NCBI RefSeq assembly: GCF_003704095.1
Contig: NW_020845515.1
Coordinates: 248,001 to 312,000, forward strand
Direction of reading: 5' to 3'
Origin: Pocillopora damicornis
Taxonomy: Eukaryota
DNA length: 64,000 nucleotides
The translations under genes and the position numbers were made by a program. The notes under the pieces were generated by a model that worked only from the letters and a program-made list of their open reading frames with translations, did not search any database and was not told where the DNA came from. Positions 12,901 through 27,522 of this stretch are shown piece after piece (within the stretch, counting starts at the first letter, position 1; every line of letters begins with the position of its first letter).

Positions 12901-15900
12901 AGAACTTTCCAAGTTTCCATAAATGTATATCAACGACTCTCCGGTGATTTGGAACGCTTTGAGTAGCTATGACCCATGTTGGTGATATGTCTATCATTGA
13001 ATTTGTCCATCGAATACCTCCACGATTACCACGCAATGTAAATCAATCGAATTGGAACTTAGGCTATTTATCGCACTGAAAATTCAATTAAAATCTAATA
13101 TAAAAACCTTTTCCCAAATGATTGTTAAACAAACATGGTTTCAGTAATATTCACATTTGTGTCTCTTACAGTGAAAAGTGTCAGGTCGGTGTCACTTTTC
13201 GGGCTTTGAGCTAATTGAATTTTTAGCTTTGTGAAAATGAGATTTTCTCACGTACTGTTAAAAAAAGACGTTTTCTCGCGCTCTGGAATGAGCCATGATC
13301 AACATCAATCGTTTGGTCTATTATACCGTTTAGCTTTTAATTAATTTAACAGTTTGGTGTTACTAGAGCGAGGAAACAAGGCGAAACGCAGAGAGAAGAC
13401 CCGTAGAAAGCAATCCCTTATTCATTACATTAGGTGCGAAGTATGACACTTGAGATAAAGATGATTTTAAATAGCATGAAAAAGGAAATAGGATGAATTG
13501 GCTGGTTATTAGCTCAAAGTATTTGAGTAAACTGGGAATCGTCAAATGCTAACGTTTCGAGCGCCGGCCGGAATAAAATTGGGAATTGTGGGTCGTGCGT
13601 GTGTCACTGCGGCAGCTATTTGTAAATCGTGCATTCAGATCCCGCGCTTGCGGCTAGGTTACTAAGGATTTTTCAATGCAGCGGCGACCATGGTTGATTT
13701 CTTAATTCAATTAAAGTCTGTTATTGAACGGTTGCGATACTCTTAGGAAACTCGAAACGTGGTATAAGCGAAAATTCATATCCTTTTTAAAGATGGAGAT
13801 AGAGATCTAAATGGTTTCTGCAGTATGGTCTCTGGGATGGGCTGATACGGTAACTGGTTTTAAAAATCGATACAAGACCGAGTATACTGCTGACTTTTCT
13901 CTCCGATATCGATACTGTGACGTCACTGACTAAACTGGTCTGTCACATGACTTGTTTGGAAGTGAACTGATTGATTATTTTATTATCCTCCGTAGTCAAA
14001 CCCAGTCTTCACTCAGGTGTCGAGTAAGACAAGGCGGTTGCAGCGTCAAGCATCGTTTTCTGGAGTCGCCAGTAAACTGATGGACGCCAGGAGCGAAACC
14101 TCCAGAAAGCTGAGCCGACAGATCAGTAGAATGGCCAGAGCACAGGAGGAGAAGGAACGACAGAAAATGAGAGAGAAGGAAGAAGCCGCTGAGGAAGAGA
14201 AGAAGAAGAAAGAGCAGGAGTTTGATCGTTCTACCATCACGCGCAAGTTGTCAATTTTCGGCTCATACCGCAGAATGTCGTTTAATCAAAAAGGGAAACT
14301 CTCTGAAGAGGTGAGTGATTGACAGATCGCATCGAGCCATTGAGCACCGTCTTTTCCAGTCCAAGCTCCTATATCGTATTTTCCTGCATCTTTTCCCCTT
14401 TTGATGTTTCCTCGGGTGTTATTTTTTATCCAATGTCATCTCGTTCCTTGATCGGGGCATTTATGCTCCTGCTTACAGCTGAGAAATATGTTATTGACTC
14501 AGCGAATAACTTCAGTTGTCCTCGGTTCAAATACAAAGCTCTCTCTAGAACTGACAACCCTGAATATATCAATTAATATATCTGTGTATATAACCATGGC
14601 ACCTACCTCAACCGATTCACCACAGCTCTTGACGTCAAACCATGGCCGTAATGGCTGGGAAAAGGATGTGGTGACTCCGACAGTTGCGTCGAGGAACATA
14701 AAAGCTCAGCCCTAACATTGGCTTGTAGACCTAAAGTACACGTTCTGTCTTCAAACACGTGTTAATCGTGTTATAAATGCTGATTTCTATTCTCTTGAAT
14801 TAAAAAAACTCTACTCCTGCTCCCAGCCTACTCAAACTGGTTAACTTGCAAAGAAAAGCTTGCGGTAAAGACACCAGTTTTTAAAGATATGTCTCAAATA
14901 GTCTTCTGGTGATTGTTTAAATGATCTCTGCTAGATCATAGAGGCTTGACTCTTAATCACAACGCGCATGCGTTTTATTTCTTTTTAAAAAATAACCTCT
15001 GATCAGCGAGCAACCCATTTGACTAAGCAAAAAGCATTCAATTATAAAACTTGCTTCCAGGGCCTTCTCGGCTTTGAAGTCCAAAATGGCGGACATTCAA
15101 CATCAACTACGGAAAATTCAACCGATTGCTATCGCTTGAAAAATCAAAAAATACAATTAATTATGTTGACTTCATTAGTAAGATTGATAGCTCTGCCTTG
15201 GATTTGTTTCCGTGGGCATAAGTAAATAGTTCTGAATTCCTCTCTATAGCCTCAATGCAAATTTCTTTAATGGGTTTCCCACTGTTAATTGCAACCCCAT
15301 GCGGCGTCGTATAAAAACTTACGCGACGCAATTTGAATTACTAGTAACTGCGGACAACAGAGCAAACTGTGCGCATCCAATCGAGTGGCTCGTTAAATGG
15401 GTTTTAACAAAAATAGATTCTATCGCTGCCTCCTGAGAGAGCAATGATGCATGTAGTGCCCCCTTTAAGCAGAATATCAAACCCTCAGGGTTACAAAATA
15501 ACAAAGATATGCCTATCAGTGTACATACCTTGAAAGCTTCGTCACTTTACGATTTTGAATTATTTACGTGATTGATACAAAAATTAGCAAACAAACTGTT
15601 TATTTTTCAAAAGATTTAGGTCGATTTAAAAACTTTGTTCAGTGACAGATTATCTCGTATAAAACAGAGATAGAACAGTACCTGATACGGCGACACAAAA
15701 ATTGTCGAATTTTTGATGACGAATGAAACTCACCCTTCCCTGTAGAACCAATAACAACCGACCCCGAATGAAACGAATCATCTGTCAAGCATGGTAATTC
15801 ACGTTTTCTTTTGACAAATCCCGTTGAACTGAAACCGTCAATCGTTTGGCTTATTGACGGCGATTTCGACGCAAAGGTTAAATCTGTGCTGAACTGTTGA

Positions 15901-18900
15901 CCGCTTGTTTGTTTAATAAGTTCCAATCTTTTGTTTGCGTAGTTATGGATAGTGCATTTTGATGCAAACCAGACAAATCGTGTTTACAGAGAGAGTCTTA
16001 TGAATTTTCAATTAAGCAGCCAAGCATTAGATCGGATTCTGCTTGCAAGGAGTAATTTGACAAGAAGATTAATCGATGATTTGGAATTTTTGTGTTAGTG
16101 ATACCGATTGCAGTGGAGACATTAGTTTCAATTTAGGTTGAGGCCTGATTTAACGATGTAAGAAGCAGTGCTGAAGCACAAACTTCAGTTGTGCCATTTA
16201 CTAAAAGATTGCTGCATATTGCTACGCAACGCACGCGAAAAGTTGAGAAGTTTAACAGTTGAGTTAAAAAAATCCTGAACCACAGCAACTGGTGAAGAAG
16301 ACTAACTTATGGTTTAACCTGGTGAATTCTGTTTCAAAGAGGACATGACGAAGCAGGAGTATGTCACCTTCCGCTTCCAGAGAAGCTAGTTAAGTATCTG
16401 TCCGATTTAACACAACTGAAACACTACAACCTACAAATGGCGATTATGTTAGGAGGTAAAGGAGACAACCAACTAACAAAAGAATGCTGGAATGAAACGA
16501 AATCAAGAAATTCTTTTTTCCGAAGTCAATCGGAAAGCCCTCACGCAAACGGACATGAAGCTAACAATGAAACAAGCAGAGAGAATATGTCTAACTTAAC
16601 TGAGGGAACTCAGTCAGAGAGAGAGTCGAAGGAAATCACGAGTTCAGGAGGCTTTCCTCGTATTTCTTCTGATCCTTATTCTCTTGTTGATATTTCATTA
16701 ATTTCTGACGAAGAGCAAGGTAGCACAAAACTCAGAAAAACAGTTTCATCCGATGCAGCTGGCCTGGAAAAACTAGTTCATATTGACGGCGTACTACGTA
16801 AAATTTCATCGAAGCCCAAACAAGACCAGAAGTGGCTTCCAAATCAAGTTTCAAAGAAAGGAAGACTTTCTAGACGGGCTTCCCTCCCGCCAACTTATTT
16901 AGGAAATTTCCTGTCTGTAAACAACATCAGGAAGCGAGCAATAAGCAGCGCTGCGGACGATGCAGACGATGGGGTCATATCTACACACATAGACGATCGA
17001 CTTCCTTCGCAAAATTCAACGCGGAAAGCTAAAAATGCTGGACGAAAGAAAGTAAGACCAATCATAAACGAAGAGCATCTTGTTTCAGAGAAAGAAGAAA
17101 CAGAAGTAGTTCTGCCCGCAGTCGAAGTAGACGTTTTGAGTGAAGAGGTAGTTGAAGAAGAGAATGACGGCTCGGAGGTAGCGGTAGGTTTCGTGGCAAG
17201 CTAAATTTTCGTTACGGTCGAGTTATTGCCTCGCGTGAGCCATATTTTATTATTTGGATTCAAGAGACGTGTATTTCACAACAAGTACCTTTTAAGTCAA
17301 ACTAAATTGCAGTTCCGCTTTAGTTTAACCAAATTATGATCGAGTGTCTTAATCAACGACCTTACAAACTTTACGCAATATCCCCTGTAGATCTAAAGAC
17401 TATTGACTTTTTGACGGAATCAGACAATGTACTAAACCACAAATTTAACTTTGGAAATAATCAAATCTCTGATCTTTTTCTCTTTCAAGATTTGCATATT
17501 ACACTAGATAATATCTTAATTATGATTTGGGCCCGAACACGGAACTTTTTTGAACATTTTGAAAATGTTCAAAAAGTTCCGTGATGGCGGTTTGGTATAT
17601 TAGAATAATTACCAACAGTAAAAATAGTTTGCTAATGTAAGTAAACCCTCTCAAAACCCAGAGGCTGGTGACGTCAATGGATCGATGGGAAGTCAAAATG
17701 AAGAAAACTTTTTTTTTCTTCCAAGAAAGAGTCAAGTAGTTCTGTTTACCGGAAATTGAGCAGAATTAGAGCCAAATTTTTTGGAAAAAGAAAACCAACA
17801 GATGTAACAAATCCAGAAGCAAAACAAAAAAGTTAAAATTAATTATCAGACGATGGCTGGTATGTAATTCGATCGCTGAAGTGCAGGCAACTCTCTCGAG
17901 GCACATTTCCGTGCCGGAGGTATCAAATTCAAAACGGATGTATTTTTCCTTTGCACAAAAGACGCTTTCGTTTCTCATTCAGCACAAATTACCTGAGGTT
18001 TCAGGGCCACGCAATCTCTTCTTCATCCATGATGCCTTCTTTAATTGCTGGCCCCCTGCCTTGCATGTATTATTATCCGACCGATATTTTTTTTTTCTCG
18101 CTTTTCAGCCTATCGAGCGATTTCGAAAAATTGTTCAACTTCTTTGTTTCCTGCTGAAAATGAAGACTTCTATGGACAGGTATGTGTTGTTGTTGTAATT
18201 TTCTTAAGCTGAAATTTAAGGCATTTGATACTAGCTAGAACCAGGAGGGCATGAAATTTCTGATCCTCTCTCGTCAGAACTGAGCACATAGCCACGCCAG
18301 TCTGCACTTATTCCAGTTAAAGAGAAATACGTTACTGATAAGAACTGCTTCTTCTCCAGATCAGTCAATTATTTGAGTGTAAAACCAACCTGTCATAAGT
18401 TTAGTTTGACAAAAAGAAATAGGAAAAACTTCGAAAACTTTGAATTTTCAATCTGGAATTTCATTCTAACTAATGCTGAGCGCCCAACTATTTCTCCGTC
18501 AAACTGACCATCATTGTTTTTACAGTAGGTTTTTAGTTGGAATCAGGCGATGTTAGATTTCTATCAGTTTTTGAGTAAAAGGACAAATCCAAAGACTTAA
18601 ACATTAATTTTGCATAATTCCCAAATAGAAAGTTGGCATTTGAGTCAGAGGTGGCACAGGAAGCCCATGTCTTGTAAATTCTCCCAGGGGGAAGGGGTTC
18701 TCGCGGGCGTTTGTTTGCCCTCGCATTCTAGAAGCTAATGACTTCCTCTCATTCATCAAGTACTGTCTAAGTTTTAATTGATATGATAACTGTGATATTA
18801 TGTCGTAAAGATTGCTACCTACAGACACATTCAGATGACGTCACCTCGGGCTGATGCCGAGCCAATCAAGATTCAAATGCTAATTTGTCCAATTAACTCT

Positions 18901-21900
18901 GTGAAGCTGAATTTTTGACGCAATCAATTTTCGGTGACATAAAATGTATACCTAATGGACAAGTTACTTAAAGCAACCCATCTAGATAGAAATTTCAACT
19001 TCAAGAAGTTACAATGACCATTCGATTTGATACGCGGTACCTTTGAATTGAAAGTACATGTACTTGGCTCGGATAATAACTTCCGCTGAGGAAGTCAAAA
19101 CTTCTGAGTCACAGCCATCGGCAACACATCCTTTCACAGTTCACGATCAAATCACTTTTGGACCATTTTTTTTTTTTTGGCCGGGGGTGGCTGAAATGAG
19201 ATTATGAGCATTTCATACGTTTATTTTAAAAAATATGCATTTCATCCACGTTTCTTTCACATGGCGTTTTGTTTTTGGAATTTTATTGCATGCACGCTTG
19301 AAAACTTCTTCGCTCACAGCGCTGCTGTCTCCCTTCAGAAATGAGGCATTGACTTTTGACCTTTTTTTTAAAATCGTAGGAAATATCGCTCTCAAAACAC
19401 AAATGTGTTCGCTGAACTGGACGCGGAGACCGTAACCAGCGTGGATTGTGATGGCATGATTTTTGATCCAACTACCTTTAAGGCGGTGCGAGAGGTAAGC
19501 TATTGATTTAAAGTCACATGACATCATCTCAATGCTCTTTATACCCACACGTTTGAAACTAATGGCGCGAGAGCTGGGTACAGGAGAGAGACAGAGAGAG
19601 CTTGAGAGAGTGAGAGAGAGAGCTGCTTTTGTTAACATTTGCTTTGGTTTTTATATTGAGCTAAGGATTAGAGTGTCAATCAGTTTAAAATAAATTCAAT
19701 TCGGATCAAAGTTATCTCGAGGCTATTTCTCATAGTTTTACGATTTGGTTTTGCCAAGAGAAAATAATGGTCTCCTTATAAAGCGATGTGCGTCATGTCT
19801 TTATGAACGATTCGTAAGAATTGTTACATGAATTGATATTGAACCAAAAGATAGCAGGTTTACTGTGATTAAATTATTTTGATTTACATCCAACAGGTAC
19901 AGTTAAGTCAAGAAGCCATTCACATCCTCTCTCTGAGTCCCGGATCAAGAACGGAGGAACAGCTTCAAACTGTAAGTATATTGCCTAATATTCCATTTTT
20001 GAGCGCAAATTTTCTTGATGTCTCCCTGCTCCTCCTATTTATCAAGAGTTTCAATTGGGTTGGAACAGAATCAATTTTCTTTCTTCAGTAGAAGCTCTAG
20101 TATTATGACAAAAAACTCTGTGTAAACATTTGTTCTGTCTCCATTTGTTTCCAGGCCTTAGTTGCGCTGAAAACCAGTGTTGCTGCCTTCGGCGAGTATC
20201 CGCTGAAGATGCAGCGACGGTTGGTGTCTGTTGGCTGGTATGAAAGGTGAGGGGAATTTATAACATCATCAAACAACAGAAATGATCCGTTATGCGTTAA
20301 AACACCTGAGCTTTGAGCTAAGTTCTCAGGTAAAATACATTGCTAAAAAACAATGATAAAAAATCGTGCAAGACTTTTATGAAGCTTCAAAACAGTCGGA
20401 ATACGTACCAATTCTTAGATTTTGAAAAGAGGAACGTTCAAGGATATTTAGTTCAATTTACGCGAAACATAGCTGCTTTTTTGTCCTAAAGAACCTAGTT
20501 CAATATGGATTTTTTGCCTATTTTTGAGAAAAACTTCAGCTCTAAAGATAATTTAATGACTGAGTCTTAAGACTCACTAAGCTAATAAAATAATATTTTG
20601 AATACGCGCTGTTATGGTTGTTCTTCGCACTTAGGAGTTATCTCAACTTGTGTCATGACCATCTCAGTCTTTCTGTTGTTTTTTCTGTCATGTTCACATT
20701 GTATCATTCCTTGTGGACCTTATGAATTGAAGATATGAGCTCTTTTGTTTTTAAGATTTGAGGCCAAGAGAGTTATAATTCGCCAAGGCCACAAAGCGGA
20801 GAACTTCTATTTCATTCTGTCTGGGACAGGTAATTAAGCTTGCTTCGTTAGATCTTTTTAGAATGTTAAAAAGACAAATTTTCCTTCGAAGCCGTCAGCT
20901 TCGAGNNNNNNNNNNNNNNNNNNNNNNNNNNNNNNNNNNNNNNNNNNNNNNNNNNNNNNNNNNNNNNNNNNNNNNNNNNNNNNNNNNNNNNNNNNNNNNN
21001 NNNNNNNNNNNNNNNNNNNNNNNNNNNNNNNNNNNNNNNNNNNNNNNNNNNNNNNNNNNNNNNNNNNNNNNNNNNNNNNNNNNNNNNNNNNNNNNNNNNN
21101 NNNNNNNNNNNNNNNNNNNNNNNNNNNNNNNNNNNNNNNNNNNNNNNNNNNNNNNNNNNNNNNNNNNNNNNNNNNNNNNNNNNNNNNNNNNNNNNNNNNN
21201 NNNNNNNNNNNNNNNNNTTACGCTATTAGTCAACGATGCGAAGTCCAGAGAACAGAGAAACACAACAGTTGCAGTTCTGGGGAAAGGAAGCAGCTTTGGG
21301 GTACGTAACCAGCCGTAATGAACAAAGAGTGTCCAAAGCCGGATTGAAATAACATAACCCGCATATTATCTTGAAATAATTTGACATTTGTGGAGGGTAA
21401 CACATTGGAAAACAGATATTTTATGTTTGGTCTAAAACTGTTAACTAAAGGAGAAAAGGTTTCTCAAAACAACTTTATTACCGTTAGGTCCTTTCTTGGT
21501 TACAGTTTAATTTATAATAACCAACATATGCTTTTGCATGTGCTTTATTAAACTTTAGTGAAGATCTCTAAGTGCAATGCGCAAAACTTGAAAAATTACC
21601 TATATTTTCTCTTAATCTTTCAGGAACTGGCCCTGCTTCATCACAAAACGAGGAGTGCGACAGTTTTATGCAAGGATGAAGTTTCTCTCTTAGCGGTTTG
21701 CAGAGAGGTGGGTTCAGTCTCTTCGTGAGTTCAAAAATCTCTTCCAAAACACAACAATTAATTTCATTAAGGAGCGCTTGATAGTTCTCGTGAGGAAACA
21801 ACTTGGAGCATCACGGGAACAAGATCACTTTTGACTGATTTTCAAATTAAGGTCTGTGACATCATGTTAGGCCGGGTTTGCAGGATAACAACTTTAAAAT

Positions 21901-24900
21901 GTCTAGAGTATATTCAACAAAATAATTTTCAGTTTCCTGAGCTTCTCTCGCACCATTTATTTTAGGATTTTCGGGATATTTTTATGAGTTACGAGGACGG
22001 CAGAGAACCAGAACATATCCGATTTTTAAGGTGAGAATTTTTCTTGTTAAATGTTCATTCAGTTTCAAGGTATATTAAAAGTTATAACTTAGTGAAAGAT
22101 GTTTTTCCTCTTGCCACGAGCGTGGGACAAAGAAAACTAATTCTGAGTCCCCAGGAGGAATCGAGGCTCAGACCTTCGGATTTCGCGCTCCGATGCTCTA
22201 CCACTGAGGCCCGGTTCAGACGCCGTACTTAAGCCGCGCCGAATCGAATTCAACGATAGGCCGACCTAAATTAGTTAATCCTGGCTGAATTGATTCAAAC
22301 GCCGAACTNNNNNNNNNNNNNNNNNNNNNNNNNNNNNNNNNNNNNNNNNNNNNNNNNNNNNNNNNNNNNNNNNNNNNNNNNNNNNNNNNNNNNNNNNNNN
22401 NNNNNNNNTAAAGCGGTCAGCCGGCAGTCCAGAGAAAACAAACGCAGTCCTTCCCGTGATACCTGTGGACGAGGCAGACAGGAGGAAAGCGCTGTATACA
22501 GGTATCGCCTCGCCTTTGTTTCTGTTTATAAGCATTGTGTAAGATGCAAAACGTTTAAATGAATTTAAGTTACTTTTATCACTTTACCACTTTTGTTTTA
22601 GCTGCGCAAACTAATGCTGATTGATATTCACAGTGGAATTTTGTGTCACGTATCTTTTCCTGAGTTTGTCAACCGATGAATCTCTCCTTTCTATTATATA
22701 ATTCTTGAAGGCTTTCGTCACATAAGTAATGTGAGCTTGGCTCCAAATGCCTATCTTTGGAGCTTATGACAAACGGTGTGTAGGGCAAAGACGACGCCCA
22801 GATTTGTCACTATTTTTATCGATTTATCTGCTAAAATAATTATCCTTTCGACAAGCATTCGTGCATGTTTATGCACGCAGACAAGTAGACAAGTTAACAT
22901 GGCAACCCTGCAGGGCGACAATAATCTGATAACGAGACACATTAAGCACATTTAAAACTGTCTGACGTTGCTTTAAACTAAAATTTAAAATTAAAAAGAA
23001 TTAAATTCGATTTAACCTATTGAGTTCGTTTCAATGTCAGTTCTCCTTAATTCATTTCTCGCTGACCATCGATTGTTATTCGTAGGGTACCTAGAGAAAA
23101 ATAGAAGCAGATTAGATGAAAAAGCTGAGGATAGTATTCGCGTTTGGCAACCGTTCGCTTTTTCGCCGGCATTGCGTGGGTTTTGATTTTAACCTATCTT
23201 TTTGCGGTAAACAAAGAACTTCGGGCGGATTGTATTTCTATGAGAACTCGATCGCAGATCTTGGATCGAGTTTTATTTGAATATGTAAACGAACTTCCAC
23301 CGCTTTGTGCCATCATTGCTCTTCATTTCGAGAACGTTATGAATTTGATCACAGATTTGTTTCTATTTTGCATTTTAGCCATGAAATTTATGGTTTCTCC
23401 TATTTAGACGACAATGATAAATACAGCGAGAAGGAAACAAAGCCAGTATATAAAAAACTTGCAAGATATGACTTTTTTTTTAAGAATAGAAGATCAGAGA
23501 CGGGTAGTTTAGCTGAGAAAATAAATTCTTACCGTCTGTCAGAAAGGCTCATCGTTTTCCTGCGGCCTCGGACGCTGTCGCAGCAATGAGTTGTTGGCGA
23601 GGTTTTCTCTTGCAGGCCAATCAGTACTTCTTCTTTGTTTTCCTCTTCCCCTTTTTCTTTCCTGAAGGTGGTTTTCAGCAAAACGCTCACCTTGATGATC
23701 AGCCTCCACCGAGCCACGGATCATTTTGGCAACAAAGTAAAGCAGAAAAGCAGCCATTGTAACGCATACACTCAGCGCTATCATAACTTGTTCAAAGTCG
23801 AGCTTCATTTTGGCCACGACATTAAGAGAGAGCACCATGTTGTAATTTCAACTTCTACCGAAAAGCGATTTTGAAACTATTTAGCGTGACTAAAGGAACC
23901 ACGAAGATTACTTCTAGTTATGAAGTGAACGTTATTATATCTGTTCCTTACTGCACATGTCTGCACGTGAAAGTAATTTTACTGTACGCGCCACTGGTTG
24001 CTGAACTTTCGGTTTCGACCGTATTAATAATTCAATAGGGAGTTTAAGAAACGACGAAGGCGACGCTGTGGACAACGTAGGTTAAAATATGAACTTATAT
24101 TTTACCTACGAATCTCGCGACGCTCTAAAGTTATTAAGTTTGTTTCTCGCTGTCAAAACTATTTCGAAACTGAACATGGAACACAGCATTAAATTAGAAA
24201 AAGAAATTTAAAAAACTAGCCATCACCGAGTACGTTGTCCAGACAACACAAGGTTTTGTCATTTTACGTTGTCATTTTGCAGAGGACGCAAAAAAATTTA
24301 CAAAGATTTGTAACGCACGTCCACAGCCATTGTTCTGCTCATTAAAACGTTTTGTTAAGTGACATTCCCGTTGCAGTTGCCGCCATGGCTTTCTTAAACT
24401 CCCAGATATGATTTCATAGACCTACATGCACTCGCATACCAGAAAATACGCCTACTACGTAGGCTGATAGAAAACTGAGGCAGTTAACCTTGGCGTTATT
24501 TCGTCCATTTTTAGCTGCTGGTGATCGTATCCGACCAATCTTATGGTCACCGGAAATTAAACGGCCTAAGACTGAACCTTCCTTATCCTCAAAGAACAAC
24601 AATGATCTAACACTGCCTGCCTTGGTTGGTGAACCGGAAAAATTCAGGGTAAGAGATGAACGAGGAATCCATCTTTATTATTTATTCATGATATGTGGTC
24701 CTGTCCAAAACACAGCGGTCGAACGTCGGGCATGCGCGCGGGGATCAATTCTCTCGCCCACGCGCCAATTTCCCGCGCAAAATCTCAAAGAAAACATCGC
24801 AAACAACCGCTGTCTCGCAAAATAACCTTGAAATAGTTGAAATGTTTATAGAAAGCTGTAAAAGGGAACAAAAGAAAAGATATAGAGAACTCAAGAATTT

Positions 24901-27522
24901 TTGAACGCAAAGCTTAGTCAAGTAAGGGTATCTTGTTGATTTACAGAAAACGTTATGCGCTTTTAAAACACTATGACCAACTGACTAGTGTGGTCTGAAA
25001 GCACGCCGCCTAGTCATCACAACGTTTGCACATACAGAGACGTTTGACCGCTATGTTGTCCACTCCACTGAAATGCAAACCCTTCCGTGAGCGCTATAAA
25101 ACTAACGGGATCTGGCTTTTATAACGGGTAAAATACTGGCACAGGCAATCATACAATTTCGAGTACAATTTGTAACAAAGAACCACGATTGGTTTTCTTA
25201 AAGATCGTCAAAGCGCGCGAATGAATAATGTATTCAAACCTCCTACAATTCATGTTGCCAGCCACAAGCATTGCGCTGGGTTTTAAGGTCTTAGTTTTCA
25301 CTTTCAATTTTTCCTAGACCTTGAATTAATGTGCCTCTTTTGCAGGCCATCTATATATTGACGGCGATCTTTCATATCCTCAGATCAATCGTCTAATTGC
25401 TAGGGTCTAATGGATTAACATTTTTTTACTCCTCAGAAAACCGCTAAAAACGTGACTTGGATGGGACGTCTGAGCGCATTATCTCGAGATAGTGAGTTTA
25501 TTTAAACGTTTAAGTTGATTTCGAAGGAGTCAACTGGTCATTCTTCAAAATTTTTCGAGTTCGTCACTTGTTATACTTGTAAATTTTTTCAAATCCAGTC
25601 ATTGCTGTTGTCCTTCGTTGTTAAGTTTTGCCTGTTTTGTCTCTGTCTTTCCAATCAAACTTATACTTCGCAGTTCCTTACAGGCTGAGGCACAAGAAAA
25701 AAACATTATTTCATCGTAGAGTCCCCTTATGAACATTTCAGAGTATTTTAGTGAAAGCCTAAAAAAAAAAAATGAATAATTTTTCTAATACTTTTCTTAT
25801 CATGCAGTCAGAGATAGCGAAGAACATCGGCAGAAAATTGAACGCCTCCACAAACGGATTAGTAATGTGGAAAAACCCCGAAATAAAACTCCTTCGGTGA
25901 GTACTAAAAGCTCGTATTTTTCCTCTCATGACAGTCATGACAGTTTCTAGCCTGGTTAGGGTCAGTGATTGTAACTCCGAATAAAGGGCGTGGCTAAGAT
26001 AGGGGAGGACTTCAAGTAATCCCGTCCCTCTCTTTGCCAAGAAAAAAGTGATAGGTCAGAACTCTAAGAGAATTTTCATACTCTCAAGTGCCTGTAACAC
26101 GTAAGTATCGATATTAGAATCGTCATCATCGCTGTCATGGTAAATTTTCTTAACGGCTAAGCCCAGATGGAAGAAGGACAAAACAAATTCAAGCGTAGGT
26201 TTTGGTTCTTATCCGTAAAAAGGAATTCGCCCTAAAAAAAAATTTGTATCATTTTTATTCCAGAATAACAAAATACAACTTGAGACACCAGAGGCGGACT
26301 CAAAAAACGAGCAAGTGGTGGTGCAGATAGAATTACTTAAACCCAAGGATCAGTTTGTAAGTAATTCTATTATAAACTACAGCAAGAGAAAATTAGACTC
26401 AAAGAGTGACTCTCTTACATAGGCCTCACTCACTCAAGGGAGTCCTTCTTAGGGTATTTACAGATCATTCAGGAGGGATCTCGGTATAACTAAGTTTGTT
26501 CTAATTAGAGGAATAATAATCTCATGCGGCTTCTCCTGGTTGCTGTCCACCCATACAGACAAACGACTCGCAATGTAAATGCAAAATCATTCCGTGCGTT
26601 TAAGACTTTTATTCTTTAAACTTAAACTTTTAGGTCAACTTAGAGCATATAATCTCATCTCTCATCCCTACCGTGTCCAAAACTCACAACTATCAAGTTC
26701 CTTTCACGTCACAACCTTGTGATAGTTACAATTTTTTGTTTCCCTTCTAGGGTCTTTCGATGCTACTTTTCGATAATCCTGCCGTCAAATGCCATTTGGT
26801 AAGAACATGTGATAGCAATTTTAGTTGCACCGTGTTAAAATCGTTTTGTTTCACTTCCTACCTTATGGTATTTCGTTCCTCTTGCCTTTGTATGATATGA
26901 GAGACAAACCTCTTCAACTCAATATGGGCCTCTTGGATCCCAAAGCAAATCTGGAGTTATCATGACGGAGAGGAACTCTTTGGACCCTCCAAAGCCCTTT
27001 TAATGGGACTTTGAAGAAGAATACTTGTGATAGAATATTCCGTCTTAAGCTATGTGTTATGTACTGTGCATTTTCAGGTTAGCAATGGAGCGGAATGTGT
27101 TTTGATAAAGAAAAGTTGGTTCCTGCAGCATGCTACAGAAGCAACATTGCGAAAACTTAGAAATCAGGTGATTAGATTACAATTTGTTTCTTGAAGCAGC
27201 TTAACGGTAGCAAGTGCATGCTTTGTGATATCCTTACAACTCTGAAGCCATGTAATAACGCTTTGTGGGTATGAGCATATGTAGAAATTTATTTTTCACT
27301 TTTTTTGTGAGATAATTTAGATGTGTTGCAAAAACTGACACAGAAACACACTGATGTCAGAAATTAACGGTAATGTCATGTGTCGATCAACTTTACTTTT
27401 TTCATCAGATTCCTCCATACCCAAGTCAAGCCACTCTAGAACAGAAAATGCAAGATCAGGCCAACTGGGACTCGTTTAAAACACAAACAATCAATTCTCT
27501 TCTAGATACACTTCATTTATGA
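9949..27522 (+). CDS. CNBD2: Cyclic nucleotide-binding domain-containing protein 2-like. Clear exons: 9949-10009, 10684-10844, 13996-14310, 18109-18179, 19380-19494, 19897-19971, 20155-20246, 20756-20829, (gap)-21300, ~21624-21707, ~21966-22030, then exons near 22410, 24515, 25437, 25808, 26263, 26751, 27078 and 27409-27522
   Basis: In-phase GT-AG exons encode IFDPTTFKA, RTEEQLQ, FGEYPLKMQRRL, RVIIRQGHKAENFYFILSG, GSSFG-ELALLHHKTRSATV (cNMP phosphate-binding cassette), VSNGAECVLI and PYPSQATL..QANWDSFK. Some exons are hidden in gaps 20906-21217 and 22309-22408. Exons in the 23-24 kb region are uncertain. Confidence 0.85.
16437..17183 (+). CDS. Probable alternative first coding exon of the CNBD2-like gene (~247-249 aa, low-complexity Ser/Lys/Glu-rich)
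   Basis: ATG-initiated 255-codon ORF with phase-0 donors after 17177 (gtagcg) or 17183 (gtaggt), compatible with the phase-0 acceptor at 18109. Contains RRASL, a PKA-type site. Confidence 0.6.
22094..22208 (-). mobile_element. tRNA-derived SINE, interrupted near its 5' end by another element
   Basis: Reverse complement reads ctcagtggtagagcatcggagcgcgaaatccgaaggtctgag..cgattcc (A and B boxes). Same family as 61040-61150. Confidence 0.75.
22209..22308. mobile_element. Start of a MITE/non-autonomous DNA transposon (PIF/Harbinger-like GGCCC terminus), running into a gap
   Basis: ggcccggttcagacgccgtacttaagcc starts immediately after TGA inside the SINE. The other end is not visible. Confidence 0.45.
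24038..24403. mobile_element. MITE with 14-bp terminal inverted repeats
   Basis: gggagtttaagaaa ... tttcttaaactccc; non-coding interior; intronic. Confidence 0.8.
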
